A stretch of 63,974 bases of DNA, the filler included, from Octopus bimaculoides (Eukaryota): assembly GCF_001194135.2 (NCBI RefSeq). It is 7 parts of 7 records of this genome, joined end to end, with 100 filler letters (N's around TTAATTAATTAA, not from the genome) between each part and the next. Parts side by side here need not be neighbours in the genome. Positions count along the whole stretch, not along the records: positions 22,742 to 51,600 come from NC_068981.1; positions 51,701 to 55,512 come from NW_026418636.1; positions 55,613 to 58,300 come from NC_068995.1; positions 58,401 to 60,778 come from NC_068991.1; positions 60,879 to 62,589 come from NW_026321878.1; positions 62,690 to 63,974 come from NW_026400738.1; 1 more part is not named here. One strand, 5' to 3'. Both the position numbers and the translations under genes were made by a program. The notes below the pieces were generated by a model that was given only the letters and a program-made list of their open reading frames with translations, searched no databases and had not been told where the DNA came from. Shown in pieces: positions 50,636 to 63,045 of the stretch (position 1 is its first letter; every line of letters starts with the position of its first letter).

Positions 50636-51180
50636 GGTTTCAAAGTAAATTTAGCACAGACTAGAGTATTAGAAAGAGGAAGAAAAGACAAGAATGCTGA
50701 TACTACCAAGAAAATGTCTAAGCTTGACGTGTAGAAAGGGAGTATTTAGGAATTCCATACAATGTGCCCTAGTGTAAACTGTGGATAGCCATGAGGTGTA
50801 GTGGGACCACAGACAAGCCAACTTCATTTATGACAGATCCAGTGGGGGCAGTAAATATTAAGCAGCACTCTCAAAATAGTTGATAGCTTCTGTTAACATT
50901 CAAAGTGAAGGGCAGCTTGCATAAAACTTGTGCATGAATGTAATGGACTTGTGAAGAGTAGAAAGAAATGAAGTGTATATGCCCTGCTGGATGTGTAAAA
51001 CTAATGTGCTTGGACAATAGGACATAAATGAAATGAGAGAACAACTGAACATAAGGGGAATCAAATGTAGTGTGCAAGAGAGAAGACTGCACTAGTATGA
51101 ACATGTAATATATATAAAGAAGGACAGCTGTCTAAAGAAGTGTCACGCAACAGTAAATTGAAACTACAGAAGAGGGAGAC
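50636..51180 (+). mobile_element. Old RTE LINE remnant
   Basis: GFKVNLAQTRVL, decayed CRKG..NSI.C..CKLW and VKGSL..CA. Confidence 0.6.
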
Positions 51181-51358
51181 TTGCGTCAAAATGGTGACAA
51201 CAGATCTGAAGTTATTGTATCTTGCTGTGATGATAACAAAAGACCTTATGGACTGTCAACACACTATGCAGAAGATCTGCTCATCCTTCTAGAATAGTGT
51301 TCAGTCAACGGTCAATCATAATAATGTATATAATGTATATATATATATATATGTAAAA

Positions 51359-51600
51359 TCCTAATAAGTAGGAAGGTAGATAAAACACAAACCCCTTCAG
51401 GTAGATGGCCCTGCTCAGTATGTAGAAAAGGAGTAGGTAGTAACTCTATAAGATGTACCCGGTGCAAGCTATGGACACATAAGAGGTGCAGCAACATCAA
51501 AGGCAGGTTAACTAGCAAGTTAGTTTTTGTTTGTGGCAGATGTTCAGGTGCAATAAAGACTGCAAACAAACAGGAAACAACTTCTATCTCATTCCAGGGT
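51359..51600 (+). mobile_element. RTE LINE fragment, cut by gap
   Basis: LISRKVDKTQTPSGRWPCSVCRKGVGSNSIRCTRCKLWTHKRCSNIKGRLTSKLVFVCGRCSG; near-identical to 34350-34570. Confidence 0.9.
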
Positions 51601-51924
51601 NNNNNNNNNNNNNNNNNNNNNNNNNNNNNNNNNNNNNNNNNNNNTTAATTAATTAANNNNNNNNNNNNNNNNNNNNNNNNNNNNNNNNNNNNNNNNNNNN
51701 ATACACATATATATACATATATGTATACACATATATATACATATATGTATTCACATATATATATACATATATGTATTCACATATATATACATATGTATTC
51801 ACATATATACATATATACACATATACATACATACTCATATACACATATATACATACACATATCTATATATATATGTATATATACACAAATATATATTATG
51901 TATATATTAAAATTTCATCAACAT

Positions 51925-52340
51925 CAAAAATATATGAATTTTCATGGGGGTTATTGACGTTATGCATAGAATATAATTTCCAAATTTCATAAAGATCCAT
52001 TCAGTACTTATGACGTAGTTTTGGATAAAAACTCAAATGAGTAATGTGTGCGTTTGTGTGCATGTGTATGTGTGTGTGGGTGGGTGTATATATGTATAGA
52101 TATCTGTATGCATGTATGTCCTTTTCCTTTTTTGAACTCACTATATATGTGTATATATGTGAACAAAAATATATGAATTTTCATGGGGGTTATGGCTGTT
52201 ATGCATAGAATATAACTTCCAAATTTCATAAAGATCCATGCAGTACTTTTGACATAGTTTTGGATTAAAAAAAACAAATGAGTAATGTGTGCTTTTGTGT
52301 GCATGTGAATGTGTGTGGGGGAGTGTGTATATGTAGATAT
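51925..52340 (+). repeat. Tandem duplication of about 240 bp (Helitron-like body)
   Basis: AAAATATATGAATTTTCATGGGGGTTAT..CCAAATTTCATAAAGATCCAT..AAATGAGTAATGTGTGC occurs twice. Confidence 0.8.
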
Positions 52341-52437
52341 ATCTCTATGCATGTATATATGTGTACATATTACATGTACATCTATATATATACATCTACA
52401 CATATGTATACATATACATGTATGCATATAGATCTAT

Positions 52438-52470
<33 letters not shown>

Positions 52471-52520
52471 TGTACATATACATGTATATGTATACATGTA
52501 TACATATACATCTCTCTCTT

Positions 52521-52552
<32 letters not shown>

Positions 52553-52619
52553 CATATATATATACACACATATGTATATGTATATATGTATGTATGCCTG
52601 TATATATGTGAGAGTATAG

Positions 52620-53015
52620 TTTCACTGTAGTAGATTCAGTATGAAAATGAAACCATTAAAGTGAAAGTATCTGTCATTACAGTATCGAAATGTAATTGTT
52701 TGCATTTTGATACTGAAATAGTGGAAAAGTTTCATTTTTAAAGTGAAAGTATTTGACATGAGTGTTTTTGTTTCAGTTTTGTCACGTAATACTTAGATAG
52801 TGGAGGCGATATTATGTTGCTATGGGCTCTAAGTATGCAAGAAGTTAAAACTTGTTTTTGACTAAAACACAACCGGGACCCTAAGTAAGGCATGTGTAAA
52901 ATTTGAATGAAATTGGTTGTGTAGTTCTGGAGTTTTAGGGATTCACCCCCCCCCCCACACACACACAAGCACACACACGCACAGACATACATTCTCAATT
53001 TTATATATATATAGA
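52620..53015 (-). mobile_element. Small non-autonomous Helitron, 5' terminus
   Basis: Minus strand begins A|TCTATATATATAAAATTGAGAATGTATGTCTGT. Confidence 0.55.
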
Positions 53016-53073
53016 TATCTACATACATATATATATATACATANNNNNNNNNNNNNNNNNNNNNNNNNNNNNN

Positions 53074-53112
<39 letters not shown>

Positions 53113-53265
53113 CATATATATACATATATATATATACATACATATATATATATACATATATTTATATACATACATATATGTATATATATGTATACATACA
53201 TATATATACATATATCTATATACAAACATATATATATACATATATCTATATACGTGCATATATAA

Positions 53266-53310
<45 letters not shown>

Positions 53311-53388
53311 AACATATATATATATATTTAGATATATATAAATATATATATACATATATATACACATATATCCATATATATATATTTA

Positions 53389-55427
53389 CTAGCAGAGACA
53401 CCTGGAGTCGCTCAGGATTAAAATGGCATAGTTTGTATATAATGTTACAGTTATGTTAAAACATCTAATATGGGTAAGTGCAGCACTGAAAACAAATCAT
53501 TTGTGGAGTAAATAATGGGCTAATTTGACTAAGCAACATACTATGTGTCTGTCTGGAGTATTTCAGGCCCTAACCTTTGAGGGTTATGTGGTTTCTGAAC
53601 GCACCGAGAAGCTGTCAGTGGATATACTCTCTTTTGCTGCAGTCAGCGCTGTCTAACACGACCCATCATCTGAAATGTTGACACCTCCTTCGGGTTTGCT
53701 GTCCGACATCACTCATAAAGTAAATTTGGAGGAACTGTGGTTGCTCATTTGTGGGTAACAGGGAACCAATGAGGTGATAGACTTGCCCTTGAACATAGAC
53801 GTCATTGTAAATTCATGTTTATCTATCTATCTATCTTCTTAGATGCACCAAACGATGTTATTTGCAGAGTTGTATTGTCTAATATTGTTCAGAAAATCCT
53901 TAGACTGGACGGAAATGCCTTCTAGAAGATCCATAAGAGGTTGAGAAGGAGTTGGTAGTGCTGGTAATGTTACCTGACCACCTGAGCAGCACATACCATT
54001 TGTTTCATTTGAAAATTTGAAAGCTCTACAGAAAAGACAATTTGTGTTGAGCACACCAATTTGGACAGTTCTCATTTTTATAAGAATGGGATGGATCATA
54101 TCTGAAAACAACTTCAGGAGTTGTGAAGAACGAATTTGTACGTAGTCTGTTTCTGAGAGGTATTCTATTGGACCTCTGTCTGATCATTAAAACATTGATT
54201 TAATGATCCAGCATTAAGTGCTGCAACATGCATTTGCTGATGTTGAGAAAATCTCATCTAGCTTCTCTCTTCAGACTCTCACCTTCGGTTTTCTACAATC
54301 CTCCTTGCTTTATACTTGTTTCTGGAGAGATTACGTCTTTTCTTTGGTGGCATATTTTTCCCAATATTGTAAACAAAAAATTATGAACATAGAAAGAAAT
54401 TATACATTAATCCCTGTTTTTGTAAACAGTTGTATCTGTAAAAATTTTATTTGAAGAGAACAGAAATTGAAAGAAGAGAAAGCGAAAAGAACAGAGAAAG
54501 AAAGTGAAAGATGTATGTACATCCATATGAAATGGATGTGTGTATGCGTGCGTGTGAGTGCGTGCTTGCACGTGTGTATGTGAGAGAGAAAAAGGGTGAT
54601 GAAGAGAGATAGAGTGAGTGAGTGAAGGTGTGTGTCATGATGATTGATGTCTTTTAAGGTACACACACAGAAAATGTGACGTCATCATATAAAATTTTTA
54701 CGATAGTTGATTTATGGAAAAGATTGTTAAACTTTTGAAATGCAAATATGTGAATGAAAACTAAGTTTAATTTGTAGCCGAAATAGTACTGAATCTTTTT
54801 GATACCCCATACGTCAAAATCTGTAACTTGGTTTTGGAAAACATAAAGAATATATAATATCAATGAGGCAGACCTCTACATGGTAGCGAGAACTGGTAGA
54901 AATAGCAGCCAAATCTCCCTCAAAACACCCTACTGTCTTAATTCAACAATTCTGCCTATTATGTAGTTTGAATGAGAAACTAACTAAAGGTTAAGATTAT
55001 TAAACCCACAGAGAGAGAAAAGAAGAGAGAGAGGAAAGAAGAGAGAGAGGAAAGAAGAGAGAGAGGAAAGAAGAGAGAGAGGAAAGAAGAGAGAGAGGAA
55101 AGAAGAGAGAGAGGAAAGAAGAGAGAGAGGAAAGAAGAGAGAGAGCATAGCGACGGTTTTGGCTGACTGTTATCCTGTACTCCCCCTGTTGCTACCAAAA
55201 TGGCATGTGCTGGCTGTCTGAGCAACGGGTTGTTTTAATGGCAGAACAAACACGACATAAAGATTACAAAAATAGCTATTCTCACTGTGAAACTGACAAT
55301 TATAAAAATCTTTTCAGATTACGGAATGCCCTGCTCTCACATGTATCCATGTTTAGAATTTCAATCGGACAAACAATACTCGAGTTATAAGCGCACAGAC
55401 AGACAGAACAGATTTTATATATTAAGA
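53389..55427 (-). mobile_element. Internally deleted Helitron with Rep fragment (53839-54111)
   Basis: IGVLNTNCLFCRAFKFSNETNGMCCSGGQVTLP..PLMDLLEG..SKDFLNNIRQYNS is the Helitron Rep N-terminal region. 5' end A|TCTTAATATATAAAA at 55427; 3' imperfect hairpin plus CTAG|T at 53389. Confidence 0.7.
55021..55145. repeat. 16-bp purine minisatellite (AGAAGAGAGAGAGGAA)n, about 8 copies
   Basis: Seen directly. Confidence 0.9.
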
Positions 55428-55780
55428 TATATATAAATATATGCATATACATATATATATGCATAAATATATATACATATACATATATAAATGTATATAC
55501 ATATACATATAGNNNNNNNNNNNNNNNNNNNNNNNNNNNNNNNNNNNNNNNNNNNNTTAATTAATTAANNNNNNNNNNNNNNNNNNNNNNNNNNNNNNNN
55601 NNNNNNNNNNNNAAAGAAATGAAATACGTTTTCTTCTTTTACAAACTTTGAACCACCACCAGGATATCTTGAAATAAATAAAAAATGTCGTTCAGAAACA
55701 GAAATGAAAATACTTTCGAACACTCATACACTACCACAATGGAGAACATAAATGTCAAAATATTCAGAAAAAATGCATTT

Positions 55781-55785
55781 AAAAA
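55781..55785 (-). terminator. Pol III T5 terminator of tRNA-Pro
   Basis: TTTTT on the minus strand, 8 nt after the tRNA 3' end. Confidence 0.8.
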
Positions 55786-55793
55786 TAATGCTG

Positions 55794-55865
55794 GGGCTCG
55801 TCCGGGATTCGAACCCGGGACCTCTCGCACCCAAAGCGAGAATCATACCCCTAGACCAACGAGCC
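55794..55865 (-). tRNA. tRNA-Pro (anticodon UGG)
   Basis: 72 nt GGCTCGTTGGTCTAGGGGTATGATTCTCGCTTTGGGTGCGAGAGGTCCCGGGTTCGAATCCCGGACGAGCCC; canonical eukaryotic tRNA-Pro with intact stems and A/B boxes. Confidence 0.97.
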
Positions 55866-57408
55866 ACAAGCGAAAGCGGTTGTTTAGAAATAATATTTAA
55901 AATAATATAAAAGCTAGTTTGATTGGCTGTATTGTGCTTGCTCATGACAAATAGATTTTCGACGTCTTATTTACGACTTGAATTGAATGGCTCATTTGTT
56001 GGCAGATAGTGACTTATGTAAAAAAGGTGGACAGTAGTAAACGATATTTTAACGTAATCTTTGAATATGAATGACTTTCGTCATCCACTCCTTAAATGAG
56101 GTCAATAAAACAAGTCTCAAATACAACTAGACCTATTCTTAAAGGCTGATTTTGTGACGAAGGGAAACTATTAAAATGAGGATTACCGTTTCTGTTTCTT
56201 TACCATGGTCGCATTGTTAATAGATGTACTTCGTGATTCATTGGTACATTCTTTAATGTTTGCTAATTCTATTAGATATGCTTTATTTTAAGTTAAAAAG
56301 AAAGAAAAAACGGTGATTTCGTTTGAAGGACATGGATCAGTGCCCTAAATTAATTTGTCTTACTTTTCCTTGAATATGAACAAGACGTTGCTAATGGATA
56401 CAAACCACCTCCATCAATTATTATTTACTTCTTGATTAAGAAACTTTTTGTGTGATCATTTTATGTTCATACATTGAGAAACGGTCGACTTATTTCGTGT
56501 TTGTATATTGTTGATGTTGCTAGGAGAGTGTGGTTAAAAGATTTGGCTGCTATTTCTAGCAGGTCAAGGGATCTAAGCGCCCCCATGAAAGAAGTTATTC
56601 AATTGATATATTTAAGGAAGTAGAAATATATTTTTAAAAAAACGTTTAAATAGGTAGATTTCTTCCAACAACTTGAATTTTTTCAGATTTTCACCAGATT
56701 TTTAAGAAATGTAGTTTGTATGCTGATGACGAAAAGTAGTTACAAGCATTTAAAGTTATTTAATTTTAGCCAATCGGAAGCCTCTGAACTGGTGAAAATT
56801 TGGGATAATTCAAGTATTGGAAGAAATTTAACAAGACGGAGATATATATTTTTTTAATATATTAAATAAGAAAATGTGTTAATTTATTTTTCAGAGGTTA
56901 TTGTGAATTACAACATTGATTTACTTGTTCGGCACCAGTCGGAATTGTTTGGAGAATATTTTAGTGTTAAAAAGAAATAGTATTCACCTCTATAATTATT
57001 TTTTCTTTTTTTGCGCCTTAACTGAACAATTGATATATTCCAATAAAACGTGATTAATAAATAAAAATTTCTTCAAAAATAAGTGATGAATTTTCCTCAC
57101 GGACGTAGGGTAAATAGATATTTGATTTCGAGATAAACACGAGCCAATTAACGTGGTCACTCGATCAGCAAGAAGTAACAGCCAAATTCTCTCAATACAT
57201 TTCACTTTCTTGGTAAGGGTTATATTAGATGTTGGGTTAGCATGCAATTTAACATCGTAAAGTGGTGAAAGTAAATTGTCCTTATAAATGAAAGTATATT
57301 GCGATAAAACCCGAAAGTGACGACAATGAAATCCTGTAATTACAAGTAAACACTATGTGACATACTTATATATTCAATACATAACGTACGTCGCAGAAAG
57401 TACATGAC

Positions 57409-57728
57409 AATTGAAAGTATTTGTTTGGCAACTTCCGTAAAAAAAATTTAATTGTTTTTCAGCTGAATCGCTTGTTTGTGTATTTTTTTATGTATGTATG
57501 CGCTTATGTGTGCGTATGTATGCATATAAGTACATGTATGTTTATGTGCATGTATATATATTTGTGTATGTATGTGTATACTTGTGCATGCATATACATA
57601 CACAAATGTACTTACATGCACATAAAACACATATACTTACACACACAAAAAATGCATAAACAAGCGATTCAGCTGAAAAAAAGAATTGAAATTAAAATTT
57701 TTACGGAAATTGTCGAATACTTTCAATT
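57409..57728. repeat. Foldback element: about 80-bp imperfect inverted arms around a TA/TG/CA-rich spacer
   Basis: AATTGAAAGTAT..TTCCGTAAAAA..TTTTTCAGCTGAATCGCTTGTTT and its reverse complement. Confidence 0.85.
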
Positions 57729-58198
57729 TTGATGTTTTCTTCGAAAACAATCACATTTATGGGAAATCGTTGATGCACGAAAGGATATTCGCGAATAATT
57801 TTTCACGATCTCTAAATTTGTTTCGCCTTACATATTTATGAAGATATGATGTGAATAAATGATCGTTAGTCCCACATTGTAACCTAAGTTTCTTCTTAGT
57901 GTACAGGTGTCTCTATGGTTACATAACATGTTTTATGAAATTTTGGTATATTACCGTCGTCATTGGTTTCTATCGCATCTACTTTCATTTTTCAAGGACG
58001 ATTTACTTCCACTATATTATATCGGTAAACTGCATGCTAGCATTTTTGTACTTGAGGTACAAAAGACGGGATGATTACGGGTAGAACTAATTTGCTTATA
58101 GGTGCAGTCGATAAGGGACGATTTGGCGGTACTACTAAAGCAGAGCGGACCCGAACGCGCAGTCGCGCGTCCGCGCTAGCTAGTCTTGAGTGGTCGAT

Positions 58199-58299
58199 CC
58201 TAACCCTAACCCTATCCCTAACCCTGTCCCTAACCTTATCCCTAACCCTAACCCGCGTGTGCAAATGAATACGTGTTTAGGGTTAGGGTTAGGGTTAGG
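58199..58299. repeat. Interstitial telomere-like repeats, (CCCTAA)n-22 bp-(TTAGGG)n
   Basis: About 9 partly degenerate CCCTAA units (58199-58254) and about 4 TTAGGG units (58277-58299) running into a gap. Confidence 0.9.
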
Positions 58300-58402
58300 A
58301 NNNNNNNNNNNNNNNNNNNNNNNNNNNNNNNNNNNNNNNNNNNNTTAATTAATTAANNNNNNNNNNNNNNNNNNNNNNNNNNNNNNNNNNNNNNNNNNNN
58401 GC

Positions 58403-58710
58403 AAAGCCAGAAATGTAGTCTACAAAATAATCTGTATGGATGGTGAGTGTAAAAAAAGAAACACGACATACATAGGTGAGCCGGCAAGAAGTTTGGCTGA
58501 GCGTGTAAACGAACATTGGAGGGACTATAATAATCAAAAAACAAACCTCGGTGCTCTACCAGCATGCCAAAGAACAACATGGTGGTGTACTGGACAGAAC
58601 TATAAACAACAAAAATCATCCAGAGATTTTAAAGCTAACTACCTATTTTCTTACGACTCTCTATTTGTAATACTATACAAACTGATGTTAATAATATTAA
58701 TGAGAGGGTG
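58403..58710 (+). mobile_element. Penelope-like element GIY-YIG endonuclease remnant
   Basis: KARNVVYKIICMDGECKKRNTTYIGEPARSLAERVNEH, then frameshifted SVLYQHAKEQHGG: VVY..C..C..YIGE..R.L..R..EH with downstream histidines. Confidence 0.85.
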
Positions 58711-59419
58711 TTGTTGTTGTGGAATACATTATCAATAAATTGAAATGCATAATTTAATAAACATACGTTTTAGCCTGACAACACAAATAGCCGCCGCTGT
58801 TACACACCAGGCGTCTGCAGAACGAGCTGAAGCAGATTTATGTTTTAAAAGACAATAACGTCCTTTAATACAAACGAAGAAAAGGAGATTGACAACAAAG
58901 GATAGTAAGGTATATATAAAGAGAATGAAAAGGTAAGAGGGAAAAGCGGAAGAAAGGCATTAGGAATGGTCATACTATGATACCGACTTCCGAGCTTCCA
59001 ATTTATCACGGCATCGTAAACATCAGTTGTACTGAATCTTCTCACAAAGTCTTACGATTTAGAAATGAATGTATAATAGTCAAGAATTGAGGATCGGAAA
59101 AAATTATTTCCTGTCGGTGCGGTGAAACAAGTTTATAACGGTGGAACTGCAGTTCCATGGCCCAGGCCTCGTGGATTTTTCTTAATTGTGAGGTTAACAA
59201 TATCAAGAAAACACTAGATTACGATTATAAATTCGATTTTGAAGAGCTTGATTAACCATCACTTGTAGAGAAGGAAATTAAAGTCTACAGTAACTGAGAG
59301 GTGTATCTCTAGTCTACTGTAAATTAAATCACGCGGACTAGCTCAATAAACGAGAAACTGCCTAGCCAGTGGGTTGCGGATGTAGAACTCAACTCATGTG
59401 CCAAATATTGGTTTAAAAT

Positions 59420-59620
59420 TTTGACACAACACCAGTTATTTCAGGGGTGGGGTAAGCTGATTACATCGACTCCAGTGCATAACTGGTACATATTTTATCG
59501 ACTCCGAAATGATAACGTCGCTGGAATTTCAACTCACAACGTGAAGACGGACGAAAGCATTTTTCCCGGTGCGGTAACGGTTCAGCCAGCAGGCGGCCTT
59601 TCATTCCTAAAATATTAGCC
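59420..59620 (-). mobile_element. SINE family A, diverged
   Basis: GATTACATCGAC..AACTGGTAC..TTTTATCGAC..GAATTTCAACTC. Confidence 0.65.
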
Positions 59621-60409
59621 GTTCGTTCGGGCTGTGGTTAATACGTTCTGACTTTGAGTGGAATTGGTAATAACTCCTCGAATATTTACAAACAACTACA
59701 AATATATTGTTCGGGGAGAACTAATTTGGCGTCGAATGATCGTAATTTTAGAAGTGATGGAAGCATTTGGTAACACAGCAGCAAATGCGAAAGTAGAATA
59801 ATCTTTGAATCTTTGGAGAGATAAATATAAACTTGATTAACGACCCATAAGACATTTTAATAAATAATGAATGGACTGGTTAACACATTTCATTGAAATC
59901 AAGTGACAAGTTATTTCACATGGAAGCGTGGTGTGTGTTTGTGTTTGTGTGAGCGTGTGTGCGCACGTCTATGTACAGATACAATCATGTACATCTATGC
60001 ACAAATATCGCTTTTTGAGCCTAATTATTTGAAGTTGATTGATGAGATCATGGCTGGAAAGTAGATGAAAACAGATTAAAGCCTTTAAATTCTGCTGTGT
60101 CAGGTGGAAGATACAAATCGGAAGGATAAGCTATTTTGTTCGTTTAAACTAGAAATCATGAAATAAACAGGAGAGAAAAATGTATGAAGAAAGAATATTT
60201 TAAGTTGGTAATGGATATATCATATTAGAACAGATGTAAGTAGTAAGGAAATTAGAATGTCAGATGCTGGCTTCAATTTTCGTTGGATGATGTTTCAATA
60301 TTCAATGAAGAGAGAGTCTAATAAGTAGTTTTAGAGGCATGTTCGTTATTGGTAAACAAGAATTTATGATTTCAATATAATTATTCATCTTATTTTCTTC
60401 TGTTTTTTT

Positions 60410-60660
60410 CTTTTCCGTTTCAGTTATTGCACTATGGCCAACTTGGAGAAACACTTCAGTGAATTAAGTCGAATATACCGATTCCAGTTCATATTTTAAA
60501 ATTTGTGATTTAATATATCTGTCTGTTTTGTCAACCGTTAAGTTGCTGAGACGTAGACAAACAAACTCCTGTTGTCAAACGTTCGACGACAGACACAAAC
60601 ATAAAGACATGCACAAATTTACGGTGCACTTTAACAGAGTTTCCATCAACCAAACTTATT
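60410..60660 (-). mobile_element. SINE family B, diverged
   Basis: GTTTCAGTTATT..GGTTGTCAA-like and CAGAGTTTCCATCAACCAAA segments. Confidence 0.55.
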
Positions 60661-62281
60661 CATATCTATCTATCTATCTATCTATCTATCTGTATATATA
60701 TATACACATACACTCAAATATATATATATTTATATTTATATATATATATATACACACAAAGAAATATATATATATATANNNNNNNNNNNNNNNNNNNNNN
60801 NNNNNNNNNNNNNNNNNNNNNNTTAATTAATTAANNNNNNNNNNNNNNNNNNNNNNNNNNNNNNNNNNNNNNNNNNNNTATGATAATTATAGTGCGTGGG
60901 AATGTCCATAAAGTTTGTTCCGTATATACTTATGTTTGGTTTATGAATGATGTATTTTGCGTGTAAATATATGTTTATAATGTTGGCGTTAATAAAAATG
61001 TATCTATAGTTTTTTTTTCTAAAAGTCTAAAAATTCAAATTTTATAGTACATACTTATTTTAGTATATTGTAACTAAAAGTTTGGCATGAATATACATAT
61101 TTAGCCCACTCTTTACGTTTTGTAGTATTCGTTCACTAAATTACCTCACTCTAAACCTTTTAATAACTGCAGTCTCCTTCGCTCCTGCTTACTACCTCCA
61201 TCTTGAAACCTTGACTCACTTCCTGTTCACTCCGCTCACTAATCTAACTTAAACTTACTTTCACTATAACAATTATGATATAAAAAAGTGGAACGAATCA
61301 TTTCACATTTCCCTATTTTAAAACTTTTGAGGATTCAAAGTTATTAAAAGTATTTACTTTTTACTTCTCATTAAACTCATTTACTCTTTATTTGTTTATT
61401 TCGAACTTCCCAATAAGTATTTAACACATTGCCTGTTCTGTGTATCACACATGATACACAGGACATGTTTCCCTGGAATCGATGTATCATGTATGATACA
61501 TATATTCCCAACGTTTTTCAACCGCTAGCGTAGGAACGGATGAAACAATAGAAAACTAAAAGTCTGAAAACATGGACAAACTTATGAAAATGCCTTGGGC
61601 AGGCAACTGGTTAAAAGTAATTTCGCCAATATTCTTGTTTCCCTTACTTATTTCAGATATTTCGATCAAAATTGTTTCACTTATTCTATGCGTCTAAATT
61701 TCTTATTAACATGTAACAGAAATTTCTATAACTTTATTCGTTTGTAGTTAACTTCGAGATATAAGATATACTAGGAAAATAAGCCGGTGTTTTGGTATTG
61801 GGATTATGTGGTGTTCAAACGGAAGGAAAGTACAAATAGCAAATTTTTCTATGAAAAATAAGCTGATATAAAGGCTGCGTAATTACTGTTAGATAAAATT
61901 TGCAACTTAAAGTCACCTAGTAGATCAAAAAATGAAGAACACAAAGACATGGTAAATTAAGGAAAGTTTTTCTTTTTCTTTTTAAACAGAAATTTCACTT
62001 AATGTTAGGAAGTTTAAAAAGGAAGACTCTCAATGGAGTAAGAGGATACTGAACGCTTTAATCTAGTAATCATATATGCACGAGGGTGAGATAAAAGTCT
62101 TTTTTTTTTTTGCATTGCTTTCTAACTCATCGTCGTATATAAATATGTGTGTGTGAGTGCGACGTGACAGTAAGTATATATACATGTAGACAGACATCCA
62201 CACGCATATAGATAACATACAGATAGAAGATAGTTAGATAGATAGCTAGATAGATAGATAGATAGATAGATATATATATAT

Positions 62282-62322
<41 letters not shown>

Positions 62323-62689
62323 TTGCATTCGAAGAAAGTTTGGGCTCATAAGGTAGACTTCAAAAAACATCGTTGTTGAGATTCAAGACGACTGTTTCAT
62401 AAGTCGCCTCATAGGGCAGAGTTACTATATACTATAGATTTATCGTGATTTATATTATTTCAAAGAGGATTAATTTACATTAATTTAAACACATGTACAT
62501 GTGCGTGTGTGCATATCTGTATGTGTTTGTGTGTACGTGTACAGAGGGAGAGAGATAATTATGCATCTATATATATATATATATATATANNNNNNNNNNN
62601 NNNNNNNNNNNNNNNNNNNNNNNNNNNNNNNNNTTAATTAATTAANNNNNNNNNNNNNNNNNNNNNNNNNNNNNNNNNNNNNNNNNNNN

Positions 62690-62728
<39 letters not shown>

Positions 62729-62844
62729 CAGCAGCAGATAGAAAAACATTTAATTTTCCAGGCATGTTAAAAAATACACAAAAAATTTAGACGAACAGGC
62801 ACTGCGGAACACTCACCCACAGAACGACATACAGACACAATATA

Positions 62845-63045
62845 ATGTATGTATGTATATATGTACGTATGCATAATATAATGTATGTATGTATGTACGT
62901 ATGGACCTTACGTATGTATGTATAATATTATGTATGTATGTACGTATGGATGTACGTGTGTATGTATAATATAATGTATGTATGTATGTATGTATGTATG
63001 TATNNNNNNNNNNTGTATGTATGTATGTATGTATGTATGTATGCA
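62845..63045. repeat. (TATG)n-rich microsatellite region
   Basis: Seen directly. Confidence 0.9.

Noticed and set aside
58199-58299. Ancient telomere-telomere fusion site
   Set aside because: Polarity is CCCTAA then TTAGGG; fusions give TTAGGG then CCCTAA.
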